This document shows, piece after piece, positions 1 to 14,500 of a stretch of 64,000 nt of DNA (the stretch's first letter is position 1; the number at the start of each line of letters is the position of its first letter). The position numbers and the translations under genes are program-made. The DNA is taken from assembly GCF_004010195.1 (NCBI RefSeq), contig NC_057759.1, forward strand, positions 7,051,346 to 7,115,345. The letters run 5' to 3'. The stretch is from Chiloscyllium plagiosum. Its lineage: Eukaryota. The notes below the pieces were generated by a model, which saw nothing but the letters and a program-made list of their open reading frames with translations, ran no database searches and had not been told where the DNA came from.

Positions 1-569
1 GTGTCCCCTGCCCTGTTTCCCCAAACTCCTACTCCATCCCCTCCACTGTTTCGCCTGCACCCCACTCTACCCCTCTCCACTGTTTCACATTCCCCACTCT
101 GTCCTCCTTCCCTCATTTCCTCTCAAGCTCACCCATTCAATCCCCCTTATTTCCACAGAGAGGAAGTGTCACTTGACTCTGATTTCTCTCCACAGATGCT
201 ACCAGATATGCTGACCTTTACCAGCAATTTCTGCTTTGGTTTCTGATTTATCTCATTTACAGTTCTTTCAGTTTTCATTCTTTGATAATCATCTCACATC
301 AGATCAACAGGGTTCCACCAGCTTCCTTTTATTTTTTTAAAATTAGCAATGTGTTATGTACTGGACTTTTGCTCATTATTAAATATAGGATTATTTTGTA
401 CAAAAGCAAAGACCAACAGGAAATTACATATCTCGTAACTCGGTGATAGACTAGACTCATCCCAATGAACACCATCCATGAATGGAACCTCCCACTGCTG
501 AATGACTACCGCGCCCGTTCTGTGTTTGTTTTGTTTTCATTCTCAACACAGAGTTTGGAGGGAGGGGGG

Positions 570-1332
570 TGGTGGGGGCTGTGAAAGACGATGCAGTGAT
601 GCTTCATTGTGATTTCCATAAGTTGAGTGAATGTGCCAATGCACAGTCATGCAAGTTACAGTTTAATGTGGATCGACATAAGGTTATCGAATTTAGGAGG
701 GAGAACAGAAAGGTGGATTATTATCCAAATGGCGATGTAATGAGAAAAGAGAATTGAGGACAAGATTTGGGAAGTCATGTTGCATCTGGACAAGGCATTG
801 ATAACACCACGTTTGGAATCTTCCATGCAATTCTCGTGGCCCTGCTATAAGAAGGATGTTATTCAACTGGAAAGGGTGCAGGAAAGATCTCCAAGGATGT
901 TATCAAGACTGGAGGGTGTGGGTAATGAGGAGAGGTTGGATAGGTTGGCTTTTCCCTGGAATGTCAGAGATTGAGGGGTGGACCCTGTTGAGGTTTAGAA
1001 AATCACGAGGGGCATAGATAAGATGAATAACGAAGGGTTTTACTTCCAAGGAAGGAGACTCCAAAATTGAGGGCATAAGTTAAAGATGAGAGGAAAGATT
1101 TAAAAGGGACCTGGGTGGTGCATATGTATGGAACGAACAGCCAGAGGAAGTTATGGAGGCGGGTACAGTTACAACATTTAAGAGACATCTGGACAGGTCA
1201 ATATATTGGAAAGGTTTAGGGTGATATGTGTCAACTGCTGGCAAATGGAGCTAGTTCAGTTTAGGAAGTCTGGTCAGCATGGATGTGTTGGGTGAAAGAG
1301 TCTATTTCAGTACTGTATGACTCTATGACTCG
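570..1332 (+). mobile_element. CR1 3' fragment
   Basis: LESSMQFSWPCYKKDVIQLERVQER; tail tatgactctatgactc. Confidence 0.85.
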
Positions 1333-2838
1333 ATGATCAGGGCACACACGCTGTCCTTATCAGCAATGCCCTACGTTCTTTGCCTGAATGAGGAGCCATG
1401 GTGTTTAGAAACCGATGACTCAAGCACAGTCTTTGTTCGCTCCGATCTCTTCTAATTAAATGGCATAGTCCTGCTTTTCCGTTCAAATACACATGGCACC
1501 TATTGACCAAAACCGTCGGCCCTCACGCTGTCTTTGTCCCTGATGGTGTTTATCAGTTTGTCACCAGACCTATACTGCTCATTTCTTGGTGGGCAGCAGT
1601 TTTCAGATCAGTACGAGGGCGGTGTTAAAATATTAACATCTTTAGCAAAGCCTGCATTTTTATCAAGCCGTGCCCTTATGTGTTGTCCTGGTAGTTTAGC
1701 TTCCTCCGGACTGAGTGGCCAACTTTCCTTTTATTCAATGCAGAAAGGCATCACCGGATAGGTCAGCATTTATTCCCCATCCCTAATTGCCCAGAGGGCA
1801 GTTAAGAGTCAACCACATTGATGTGGGTCTGGAGTCACATGCAGGCCTGACCAGGTAAGGATGGCAGTTTCCTTCCCAAAATCGATGTTAGTGACAATCG
1901 ATTCACAGTCAGCATCCGTGTCTTAATTCCAGAATTTTGTTGAATACTAATTCCACCATCTACCATGATGCGATTCGCACCGGGTCCCCAGAATATGACT
2001 GAGGTCTTTGGATTAACAGTACACTGATAAAACCACCAGGACATCGCTTCCCTTTTCCAAGTTCACGTCTGCTGCTTTGGAGGTGTCAGGCATCCCCATC
2101 TCTATTACCGTGGCGTTTCTAAAATATCTGCAGCGAGAGAAACTCCATACATACGCACAATGGGGTTCGAAATGTCAGAAAGACAGGCCGAGGCTTCCAA
2201 CACGTTGATGAATCATTGCGAGATCTATTCTCTTCCGTACATACTCCCTGTCAATCGTGCCTCCTCCATCCGGATCGTCAATGGCTGGTGGCTTAGTGTC
2301 CGTCCTATCCGTGAGTTGTGAGTTGAAGCCCCAGGCCTCAGGACACTTTCGCTCTAAAATAATAACCTTTGAAACTTCCCGGTTTCTGTTTTAGTATCTC
2401 CAGCCTGTTCGATCCCTCAGACACGTCCTGTTCAAAGTTAGTGAGAATGGGAGAGGTTCCTAATCGTCTATTCACAAAAGGCGACAGAGGATGTATTCCT
2501 TCCCTTAAACGTGGAGCAACTTAAAAGCTCAAACCTCATATATGTACATGATAGCGAAGAAAACACTCTCTTCGAAAGAGCACTAGCAGCTTAAAGAGTT
2601 TTGTAAATTCAAAACTAAGTGACTGCGAAGTCCAGATTAGATTGACCGTCTAAGTCACATAAAAAAACACCTTCCCAGAAGACAGTGAGTGGCGTCAAAT
2701 GCCTTGTGAAATAAGGTTTCTTTCATATAGTTCATAAGTTTGTTATCTGTACACGGGGGTTACATTGTATCTCTTCACCAGACGGTTGAAAGAATCTAAC
2801 AAACCCAATCCCTTCTCGCCCGTCTGTCTACTTGCTTC

Positions 2839-2958
2839 TTACTTGCGTGGAATATTTGCATAAATGTTTTCGTCTGTCCTATCATCTTCTTGCGAGGATT
2901 CGCTGAGTTTCAGTGTGGCGTATGTGACACAATATTCATCGTGGTCAGTCTTGGCACC
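2839..2958 (-). CDS. FCRL-like terminal coding exon with VTYATL and NIYANI
   Basis: aattgcag|GGT ... AAG TAA; encodes GAKTDHDEYCVTYATLKLSESSQEDDRTDENIYANIPRK*. Confidence 0.85.
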   Translation of the reverse strand, partial: GAKTDHDEYCVTYATLKLSESSQEDDRTDENIYANIPRK

Positions 2959-5457
2959 CTGCAATTGAATGATGTCAGAATGAAATTGGAATCGAGTGGG
3001 AGCAGGAAGGTGAAGAGGAGGGAAAGGTCAGTTGGGGTACAAGTAGCAGTGAGTATCAGGGGGAAATGGAAATCACCAGCGGGCCGTTGAGGCATTGCGA
3101 GTTAGAAATCTGGTGGCACAGTGGTAATGTCCCTACCTCGGAGCCAGGAGACCAGAGCTCAAGTCCCACACGCTCCTGCGGTGTGCCATATAGTTTATAA
3201 AATCAGGAAGGTAATGTTGAGCTGGACAGGACTTTGCTGAGGGTAGAGCTGAAACGCTGCTCAATTCCAAACTCTGTACTATAGGAAGGATATGATGGTA
3301 CTGGAGGGATGCAGGGGAGATTCACCAAGATGTCCCCTGGAATGGAGCACTTCAGCGATGAAGAGAAGCTGAATAAGCTCGGCTAAATTTCTTTGGAGCA
3401 GAGAAGGCATGTGTGGATTTGATTTTTCTGTCATTCATCTATGGGACGACGGCATTCCTGGCTGGGCCAATTTATTGCAGTGTCTGTAGTTGCTTCCTTG
3501 AAAATGTGATGGTGACCTGCCTTCCTGAGCCAATGTAGTCCCACTTGTTGTAGGTAGACTCAGAATTCACTTAGGGAGGGAATTCCAACATTTTGGCCCG
3601 GCGACACTGAAGGAGTGGCTAAATGCTTTTCCCAAGGATGGAGACTGGCTCAGAGCAGAACTCACAAGGGGGGTTTTCATCTCCAGCTCTTGTACATCGA
3701 GATAGAAGTGATTGTGGGTTTGTAAGGTGCCATCTGAGGACCTTTGGTGACTTTGTGCAGTGCATCTTGGAATTGCGACACGTCACTGCTGCTAATTGCG
3801 TGCAAATGACAATGGGTAGTTGGACGTGTATTGATAAACAATGAGCGCTCTACTGCGATCGAAGGCAGACACAGAACTGGGAGGGAGGGGGAACTGTGAA
3901 GGTGGATTCCAAGTTGTTTCAGAGTGATTTAGACAAGTTGAACAAGTGAGCCAACGCATAGCAGATGCGGTTTCATGTGGATCAGGGGAAGGTTATTCTT
4001 TTGAGCACAAAAACACGAAGGTTGATTAATTTCTGAATGGCAATGTCTGGGAAAGGGGGGAATGTAGTAAGTCACTGAAAGTGGGCATTGCAGGAGCCGC
4101 AGGTAGTGAAGAAGGTGAATGGGATGTTGGCCTTCTTAGTGAGAGGATTCAAGTCCAGTAACAGAGATGCCGTGCTGCGATTGGATGGGGTGATATGTTA
4201 TCCTGGTGTATGATCTGTGCAGTGTTGGGTCTCCTTATTTAACGAAAACGTTCTGGCTATGAACAGAGTTTCCCAGACAGATTCCTGGATGGCAGTACTG
4301 ACGGATGGAGACAAACCTGAACAGTTAGGTTTATATTCACTGGCATTTGGAAGAATTAAGGGGAATCTAATAGAAATCTACCAAATGCTAAGAGGACTAA
4401 ACAGGGTAAACACAGGAAGGATGTTCCCGATGAAGAGGAGAGAGTACAGTATCGGGTATTACAGTCTAAAAGAGGCAGGCTAGGACTGAGGTGGGGAGAA
4501 ATGTCTTCACCCTGAGAGTGGGGAGCATGTGGAATTCCGTGCTGCAGAAAATGGTCGGGGCCAGGACACTGAATGTTTTTCCAGGAGGAGTTGGATAGAG
4601 TGCTTAGGAGTAAAGGGAGAGCATGGAGGGAGTGTAGTACAGGGGACTGAATTGGATGACCTTATTGAATAGGGAGAGTAGGCTGGAAGATCTGAGTGGC
4701 TTACATCTGTTCCTACTTTCTAAGATAAATATTTTGATTAGTCTGATAAGTGTCAACAATTCCCTTTTACACTGTGGATGCTACCTACACTTTCTGTGGC
4801 AATAGCCGTGTTCTATTTAGACTTAAAACGTAACATACCTTCTTCCCATCGGAGGAGACACCAGGACTGTTGCCTGAAAATAAAAAGAATTAGGTGAGAA
4901 GAAACACTTTGCAGGCATTAAGAAATCGAACCGGACTCACTGAGGGCTTATCAACATCAAAGACGCAGCTGAAACATTCAGTAGCGTAGCTGTGCATTAA
5001 CCAACTTTTAAAACATAATGTAACACTTTCCTGGCCCTCCCAATCAATCCAGACCTTTCAGAATATCATGTTTAGAAAACTCGCTGTTTAAAGTCTTCAA
5101 GTTGTATTTAAATCATTAAGAAAGAGTGTTTTTCTTAACGATGCGGCACAGTGCAACACATTAGGCAGACCGTCTTAATCGCATCAGCCTTTGTAGCACT
5201 TGCCTGGCTGTCATACTTGAAATTACAGGAGTGAACCATGTAGATGACGTACATTAGGGTTTTAGCCGTTGTATGATGTTAGTTCCAAATAGTTCAACTG
5301 ACTGGATGGATGGCTTTTGTCATGCATTACATGCCAAATCTTGGGAATAGTGTGGGCAAAATTCCAACACCAGCTGAAGTTACCCTGAAGGACTCTCCTT
5401 CTGAACCTCTGCCCTCTCATGGGGAATGATGACCCTAATTTAAACCACCTCCAAGTC

Positions 5458-5501
<44 letters not shown>

Positions 5502-8500
5502 AGGGAGCAGGATGATAGTCTGGTAGAACATGACGATTTATTGCGCATCCGTCAAGGCAAAGACTAGAATGTGTTCTGAGATTTCATGTACATTATGTAC
5601 AAATGTTCCTTGCGGGTGTTCACAACTATCCATGTGATAATTGTTAATCGATCTTTTTGAGCAACAACTAACATGCAGTGTTTTTATTTTCTCTGTCATC
5701 TCCAATCAGTAGGTGATAGCACTTGGGAAATTGTCTTATCTTGAATATTAGATAACAAAAATAGCACTTTCTTTCTCTCTCTACACAGATGCTACCGGAC
5801 TTGTTGAGTTTCCCCAGCACTTTCCGTGTTTATAACCATAACACTAACGCTGTTTCTTTTGCTCTTCACAGATGCAACCAGAGCTGTGAAGGTTCTCCAG
5901 AAATGTCTGAGTTTATTTCAGCTCTCCAGCAAATGCAATTCTTAGTTTATGCGAAGTTTCTTTTTTCTGCCTCAGTTAGGAGTAAAATGCTCACCCCATT
6001 GCCTTTTTTCACGCACACAACGTGCAAAAAAGTAATTGTGAAGCAACCAGCATCGTAACCCACCCAACAACACACACGACTATAATCTTCTTTATTTGCT
6101 CTGCGTGTGTGTTCTGAATCGCTGACAACATATAAACCACCTGCGAAACGTTTATCTTTATCCTATCTGCAGGAGAGTAAACATACAGAGCAGATCAGAC
6201 TGGGGCTTGTTTCCGATCAGCTGATTCATTCTCTATTCCTCGTCAATGCTGCAGATTCCTTTTGGCAGATCCTCTGTTCCCTTACAATCGTGTCACTACA
6301 AATACTGTAATATTTCTGTGTTCTGAACTGGTCTCACACACAGATATTTCCACAGCAACTGGGTGGACCCTGTTATTTCTGGAGGTACAATGATTTCCCC
6401 TCTCTCACACTCAATCATAGAATTGAAGAAAAGAGATTTTTACCAGCCTCCATTGTTTTCTTGATGGTGACCACTGAATAAACCAGATCCGCAGAGGTGT
6501 TTTCTACAAAGAAATGCAGTACACAGAAGAAGCACCCATCAATGAGACAGCTTCATTATAATGGGCTAAATGATACATAGATTAGATAGATTAATGTACG
6601 ATGTAGATATTATTAAGACTGAAATAGATAGGGGCTTGATTTAGTAAGGGGAATCAAGGTTTATGGGGAGAAGGCAGGAGATTGAGGTTGAGAAATATAT
6701 CTGCCGTGTTTGAGTGCAAGCGCTGACTCGATGAACTGAATGGCCGAATTCAGCTCCTATATCTCATGGTCCTATCCAGACAAACAGATAAACATGCATA
6801 ACGATAGATACCATTTGTGATAACTGCGTTAGCTAAGATTACTCGAAGGCTACTGTACAGGAAACATGCCGCTCTTAGTTATCGTTAGCTCGAAGCCCTT
6901 ATGTGACTGAGGAAGCGGATCTTTGTAGTATTCACTCATAGTAACCAATGTCTGTTGGATTTCTTAACACCAGAGTACTGCGCCTTCAGTTTCGAATGTT
7001 ACTTAATGTAATTCATCTCTGGACTCTTTTTCACCATATATAAGGCACAAGTCAAGAGTGCGATGGAATGCTCCCCACTTCCCTGTATAAATACAGCCCC
7101 AACAACACTGAAGAAACTCGACACCATCACGGATAAAGCAGCCCACTTGACTGGCACTACATCCACAAGCTTCCACTCCCTCAAGCAATGATGCTCGGTA
7201 GCAGCAGTGTGTACTATCTCCAAGCTGAACTGCAGAAATTCACCAAAGCACCTTCAAAAATCATGAATATTTCCATCTAGAAATACAAGGGTAGCAGATT
7301 TATGGAAACACCACCACACCTCCAAGTCACTGACCATCCTGATTGGAAATACACCGTCATTACTTCACTGTCGCTGGGTCAAAATCCTCACATTCCCTCC
7401 CTCATGGCACTGTGGGTCACCCCACAGCAGGTGGACTGCAGCGGATCAAGCAAGTAGCTCATCATCACATTCTCAAATGCAATTCGGGACAGGCATTAAA
7501 TGCTGGGCCCTGCCAGTGACGCCCACATTCCACAAAGTGAATATTTTAAAAAAAAACTTGAGATAAAATAAACTATGCTGGGGCAGGTAAGCCAATCTGA
7601 TGGAGATCCAACCACAGGTTATTAACAGCAGGAGCCGTCTGGAAAAAAAGAGGTCTTTAGCACAGAAAAATGCCAATCGAACAATCGAGTCTGTGCCTGT
7701 CAAATCAGCCACCTCACTATTCTCTAATCACATTTCCTGAGCACTTGGCTCATAACAAATGCATATCTAAATCCTTCTTAAATGTGATAAGGATTTCTGC
7801 CTCTCCCACCCTTACAGGCAGTGAGTTCCAGATTCCCCACTACTCTCTGGGTAAAAATGTTTTCCTTCACAGCCCATTTACATTCAATCTATGCACCTCC
7901 CCGGTCATTGATCCTTCCATCAAGAGAAAAATATTTTTTTCCTTTCTACCATATATATGCCTCCTCATTATTTAATAGAACTCAACAAGAATGAGTTGGT
8001 GTCTTTGGGGTTAAAGGGATTGAAGTTTACAGGGGAGAAAGCGGGGAACTGGGGACTAAATTGGATAAAGAGCAGTGATCCGATCAAGAGGGCGGAGCAG
8101 GCTAGAAATGCCCAATGGCCTACTCCTGTACTCCAGCTTCTGTATTCCCCCTCAGCCTCTGCAGCTCCAAGGAAACCCGTCACACGTGAGCCCATCTGAT
8201 GGCTCAGATGTTTATCCATAACTTCTACCAGGTCATGGTGCACTGTCACTGTGTGGGGCTCATTAATCAGACCGATTCAATGGCACTTACCAGTATTCTG
8301 TGCTGCTCCAACTGCTGCATACTCTAGATTGCTGACTGCTGCCCCTTCAACAGAAGGTTGGGATCTAGTTCCAGTAGAAAGGGGAAGGAAACTAAATCGT
8401 CATTTCGAACAAAATGCTTGTAACACAATGTTCGAATTCAACAAAACGGCAAAGCTATCACAGAACATACAGAAGCCAGCGAGACCGGCTTTTCCCTGAT

Positions 8501-11500
8501 CCCACGTTCCTGGTTTCCAACCGAACGTTGAGTTTTCTAACCCACAAGGAGCCGCCAAATGTACTTTGGGAAAGAAAATATGCCGCCCTTAACTGGTCTG
8601 GCCCTGCATGTGACTTAAGACCGTGGTTAACTACAACTGCCAACTAGAGCAATTAGAGATGGGCAATAACTGATAGCCCACATCCCTGTGAATGAAGTAA
8701 AGGCATCTGGGACTTTCCTGCAATATGGTTTGCTAGTTTGTTAATTGGACTTGTGTTTAAAGGATGCACTCATATTCAAACTCCCTCTATGACCTCTCCA
8801 CTTTGGTCGTCTCTCCCTGATTTAGAGGGATCAGGATAAACGATAGCAAATATAAAAACTGTAGTTTCAGTCACTTACCTTCTGGGCGGTGACACAGTTG
8901 AGGAATTGCCTGCAGAGAAAGAGAGAATATTCTCCGCATATTGTACTGTAACTTTGCATTTTTAGAGACAGGAGCTGCCAAGACGTTATCTTATTCATAA
9001 ACGGGAAACAAAGAGATCAATAGATGAGTTGAAAAATGTGGTGCTGGAAAAACACAGCAGGACAGGCAGCATCCGAAGAGCAGGAGAATCGACGTTTCGG
9101 GCATAAGCCCTTCTTCAGGAATCAGGCTAGTGTGCAAAGCGGGCTGAGATAAAGGGTAGGGGGAGGAAATTTGGGTAACGGCGCTGGGAATACGATAGGT
9201 GGAAGGAGGTGAGGGTGAGGGCGATAGGCCGGAGAGGGTGTGGGAGTGGAGAGATCTGGAAGAAGATTACAGGTCAAGAGGGCAGTGCTGAATCAGGGGA
9301 TTTTATTTAGTCACAGTTCAAAGAGAGTGGGACAGGAAAGTGCAGTTGAGGTGAAGATGAGATCGTATTAAGTAATGGAGCAGGATCCTGAGGGGCAGAA
9401 TACCCTCCTCCTGTTCCCGATTCTCATGATCTTATGTCTCTCCTTCTCTCTGAGGTGCTATAACACAGAGTGGTGGTGGGTCACCCGATCCAGCAGGCTA
9501 ACATTGTGAATGCAGTTCCTCCTATTGTCAGGAACACAGCCCATCCCAGTTCCCAAACCAACATCGCCTTCCCCCCGGTCAGCTGAAAGGTTACAATGGG
9601 GCGGGGACGACAGTGTCATGATGTGGGGATGTTAAACAAATCCCATTCCCGTGGGATGTTACACACCTGTGTCTCTCCTCCGGTGGATGAAGCGCACCAA
9701 CACGATCAGGCTGGCAAGCAGCAGAACTGGGAGGAGTAAGGCCGCGATCTCCATGTAATAACTCCGAGCTGAAATCCAACACGAATATTCCACTCACATT
9801 AACAAATTCACCAGATTGTTTTACTACATTAGCTCTGTGTGAGGTACTCTGTCCCCATCAGACAGAACAATCCCCCACAGCTATGTAACACCCTGTTACA
9901 ATGCAGGTATCGTGAATCACACTGTGAGGGAGAACTCAGTCCATTGAGCTACCGACAAAAAAATCCCACTTTCCCACACTAACAGCCCACAGCCTTCAAT
10001 GTTACACACTTCAATTGTAATAAGGGACTTTGACATTTGTGAGGACAGCGTGAAACAGACTGATCTGCGAGATCAGGTTGATGATAGGAAGGAGTATGTG
10101 CTAAAAGTTTGAAAAACATAAGGATATCTAAATTCCTTGGGTGGGAATGCACATACCCTAGATCACTTCAAGCAGTGAGGGAAGAGATTGTTGAGCTATT
10201 GGCGATGATCTTTGCATGCATATTGCCCACTGGAACAGTGCCAGATGATTCGAGTGTGGCAAATGTTTTTCCCTTGTTCAAGAACGGGAATAGAGATTAT
10301 CTTGGGAATTATGGACCAGCTAGATTTCCGGCACTGGTGGACAAAGAATTGCAGAGAATTCTGAGACACGGGATTTATGATTACTTGGGAAACCATAGTT
10401 TGATTAGAAATTGTCTGCATGGCTTTGTGAGGGGCAGGCCATTCCTCACAACTTTATTGAATTCCTTGTGGGTATGACAAAGCGCGTTGATGAAGGTAGA
10501 GTAGTGGATGTGATGGAAAAGGACTTTAGCAAGGTGTTTGAAAGATTCCCCATTGCAGACTTATTCAGAAAATAATGAGGCATGGAATACAGGGGAGATC
10601 TATGATTTTTGAGAAGGTTGTATCTCAGGTTATGGTTCAGGTTGTAAATTTGCTCACTGAGCTGGTAGGTTTGATCTCATATGGTTCACTACCATGCTAG
10701 GTAACATCATCAATGAATCTCTGGTGAGTGCTGGTGTTCTGTCCCGCTTTTTATTTATGTGCCTTCGTCTGTTAAGGAACGTTATATGATTTTCCCTGCT
10801 TTTTGTACAAAAATTGATAAATGGGGACGAAATTGATGTGTTTATTACTGGAGTTCAGTTTGAATTCCAGGTCTCTAGGAACTCCCATGCGTGTCTTTGC
10901 TTCTCCTGTGTTCGGATGGATGGGATTTTCCAGTCTGCCCTTCGTCATTTATGTATAAGGATACCAGTGATAGCTGGTCATGTCTTTTGGTAGCTAGTTT
11001 GTGCTCATGTATGTTCGTGGCTAGTTTCCTGTCTGTCTGACCGATGTAGTGTTTGTTGCAGTCCTTGCATGGTATTTTGTAAGTTACATTCGTTTTGCTG
11101 GTCCTTTAGGTTAATCAGTAGTTGCCTCAGTGTGGTGGTAGGTTTGTGGGCTTCCTGCCTGTCTGGATACAGAATTGGCTGGCCCATAGAAGACGGAGGA
11201 TAATAGATGGAAAACATTCAGCCTGGAGCTCCGTGACCAGTGGTGTTCCATAGGGATTGCTTCTGGGAACTCTGTTCTTTGTGATTTTTAGAAATGACTT
11301 GGATAAGGAAGTGGAAGGGTGTATTAGAAAGTTTGCTAATGACACGAAGGTTGGTGGAGAGGTGGATTGTGTGGAGTGCTGTTATAGATTGCAAGTAGAC
11401 ATTCACAGGATGCAGAACCGGGCTGATAAGTGGCAGATGGAGTTCAAACTGGAAAAGTGTGAAGTCATTCACGATGGAAGGTCGAACTTGAATGCAGTAT

Positions 11501-14500
11501 ACAGGGTTAAATTCAAGATCATTGACAATATTGAGGAAAAGAGGGAGTTTGGGGTCCACATCAATGGATATCTGAAAGTTGCCTCTTAGGTTTACAGGGT
11601 TGTTAAGAAGGTGTATGATGTGTTGGTTTTCGTTAGCAGGGGGATTGAGTGTAAGAGCTGCGAGTTAATGCTGCACCTCTATAGACCCCTATTTAGACCA
11701 CACTTGGAATATTGTGTGCAGTTCTGCTTGCCTCGTTGTAGGAAAGATATGGAACCTTTTGAAAGGATGCAGAGGAGATTTACCAGAATGTGGCCTGGAC
11801 TGGAAGATTGAGGGAGCGAGGGATTTTCTCATCGGAGCTAAGAAGTATGAGAAGTGACTTGATTGAGGCGCACACGATGAGAGGCATAGATCGGATGGAT
11901 AGCCAGAGATTTTTTTGACACGACGGAAATGTCTATCACTAGGAGGCATAATTTTAATGAGATTGGAGGAACATTTAGGGGAGACGTCAGAGCTAGGTTC
12001 TGTACACAGAGATTGCTGGGTACGTGGAATGTACTGCCAGCAGTTGTAGTAGAGTCAGATACATTAGGAACATGTAAACGATTCTTGGATAGGTGATATA
12101 GGCACATGGAAGTTAGTACAATGAACGGTATGTAGGTTAGTCTGATCTTAGAGTAGGAAAAATGGCTGGCAAAACATCGAGGGCCGAAGGGCCAGTACTG
12201 TGCTGAACTTTTCTATGTTCATCCAAATACGTTTTTCAAGGTGGGAGGTTTCTCCCCTCAACTACACTCCCAGGCAGTGCTTTCCAACCCCCACTACTGC
12301 CAGTGTGAAACAATCCTCAAATCACCCCGACCCTCTTGGCTTTCACTTTAAAATGATGACCCCCATTCCCCCTAGTTACTGACCCTTCTACTGAGAGTAA
12401 CCACTGCTTTCTCTCTCCCTTCCATGTCCCTCATATTTTCCACACCTCTCTCAGGATCCCCCCTCAGCCGTCTCTCCTCCATAGAAGACAACCTGAGATT
12501 ATCCAGCCTCTCTTCATCGCTGAACTGTTCCATCCCAGGCCACATCCTGGGGAATCTTCTCTGCAGCCTCCCTCTACAACACTTACAGTTCCACATTTTT
12601 TATTGTGCTCAAGTTCCATCATCTGGGCGGGCTTTGAACTGGGTTTCTGGGAACATGACTAAGGTTGTTAGATTAATAATCTTACAGCCATACCACCCGT
12701 GCCTTCGCTTCCCCTATTGAGATGTTTAACTATTTCTGACTGAAACGGACTGGATCGACCAAATGGTCTTTCTCTGTGCTCTATGTTCGATCTGCCTGTC
12801 ACTGTTACCTCGCAGCGTGAAATTGATAGAGTTGCTGGTCACGTTGAAAATGGTGTTGTTGGTTCCTTTGTTGATTGCTGCACAGTGATACTTCCCGACA
12901 TTGTCTCTCTGGAATGAATGAATAACCAGTTCACTACCATTGGCAGTCACATGGTAGCTTGCACTGCCATTTCTCATCATCACGTTGTCACGGTACCAAA
13001 CGAACTGGGGCTCAGTGCCTTCCTTCACCAGACACTGGAGAACAAGACGCTCCCTGGACTGTATCTCAGTGCTGTTAGTGCAGGAAATCAGCATAGCATC
13101 TGCGACAGGAACTGAGGAGAAACCACAGGGAGATTAAAACGATAGAGATGCCCATCGATTCAGACTGTCAGTGAGAATCAGTTTGATGTAATGAATTTAA
13201 AAACATTCCAATGGCTTCAAAAGCTAATGAAGAGTTTTAACTCCTCCAACTATTAACACTTGGCAGTTATCATTGAGACACAATCTAACATTGCCCATTG
13301 ACGTTCAATCGAGTTTCAACCACTGAGTCCCCTCACTGTCAACATCCTAGAGATCATCGTGGAGAGATAATTGAAACATTGATGTTCAGTAAGGGCATCG
13401 CCCTTGATATTCAATGACGTTGTCATTACGGAATACTCCATCATCAACAACCTAGGGGTTAAAATTTAGAGAAAATTTAACCACAACCTTCTTTGAATTC
13501 AATGGTGTTGCCCATTACTGAATCTCCCACTATCAATATCCTTGGGAAGGGTTACCACTGGACAGTCATTGAGTCAGACAGCGCATTGGCCCATTGAATC
13601 TGCACTAACAAAGATTACCATTAAAGGAGCGTTGTTCGCAATTTCCTGCCCTTGTCCCATATCGTGGAATGTTATGGTATGACAAGTGTGCATCCAAATA
13701 TATTTTAAAGCTTATATGGCTTCCGCCCTGCGCTACCTTCCCAAGCACTTTATTGCAGATTCCCACCACTCACCAAGGGAAAAAGATTTTTCCCAAATTC
13801 CCTCCGAGATTTCTGCACCTTACCCTAAAACTATGCCTCCTTATGATTGACCCGTCAACCAAGGGGAACGGCTGTCCTTTCTCCTCATAATCTTATACAC
13901 CGCAATCATGTCCCTCCTCAGTCTTCTCTGCTCTAAAGAAAACAAACCAAGCTGATCTAGTCCCTCCTTATAGTTCAGTTGCTCCAGCCCAATCTATATC
14001 CTGACGACCTCTAGCGCTATCACATTCTTCCCGCAGTGAGGCGACCATAAATGCACACAGTACTGCAGAATCGAACAATTGCCCTTGATGTTCATCACTG
14101 AAATCCACCATGATCAATATCCTCGGGGTTGCCATTGAGAGAGAATCAAGCCATTGTTCACTTGATGATCAATGGTGCTGTCGTTATTGAAACCTCTCCT
14201 ATGTCAACATCCTTGGATTTCTCATTGACCAGAAACTAAACTGTTCGAGCCAGAGCAATACTATAGCAGCAACGACAGGTCAGAAATTTGAAATCCTGCA
14301 GCGAGTTATTCACTTCCTGATTCCACAAAGCATGTTCACCACCGACAAGGTACAAATAAACAGCGTGATGGAATATTCCTCTGCATTGTTGCAAATGCAG
14401 CAACACTCGAAAATCTCAGCATCATCCGGGTACAAAGCAAACCCCGCTTGATTGGCACAAACTCCAGAAACATTCACTTCCTTCCCCACTGACGCTCTGT

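Noticed and set aside
2850..2925. ITAM formed by YATL...YANI
   Set aside because: The spacer is 16 residues, longer than the ITAM consensus (about 6-12).
9591..9797. 68-aa ORF in the track
   Set aside because: Wrong frame; the real TM exon lies in another frame of the same strand.
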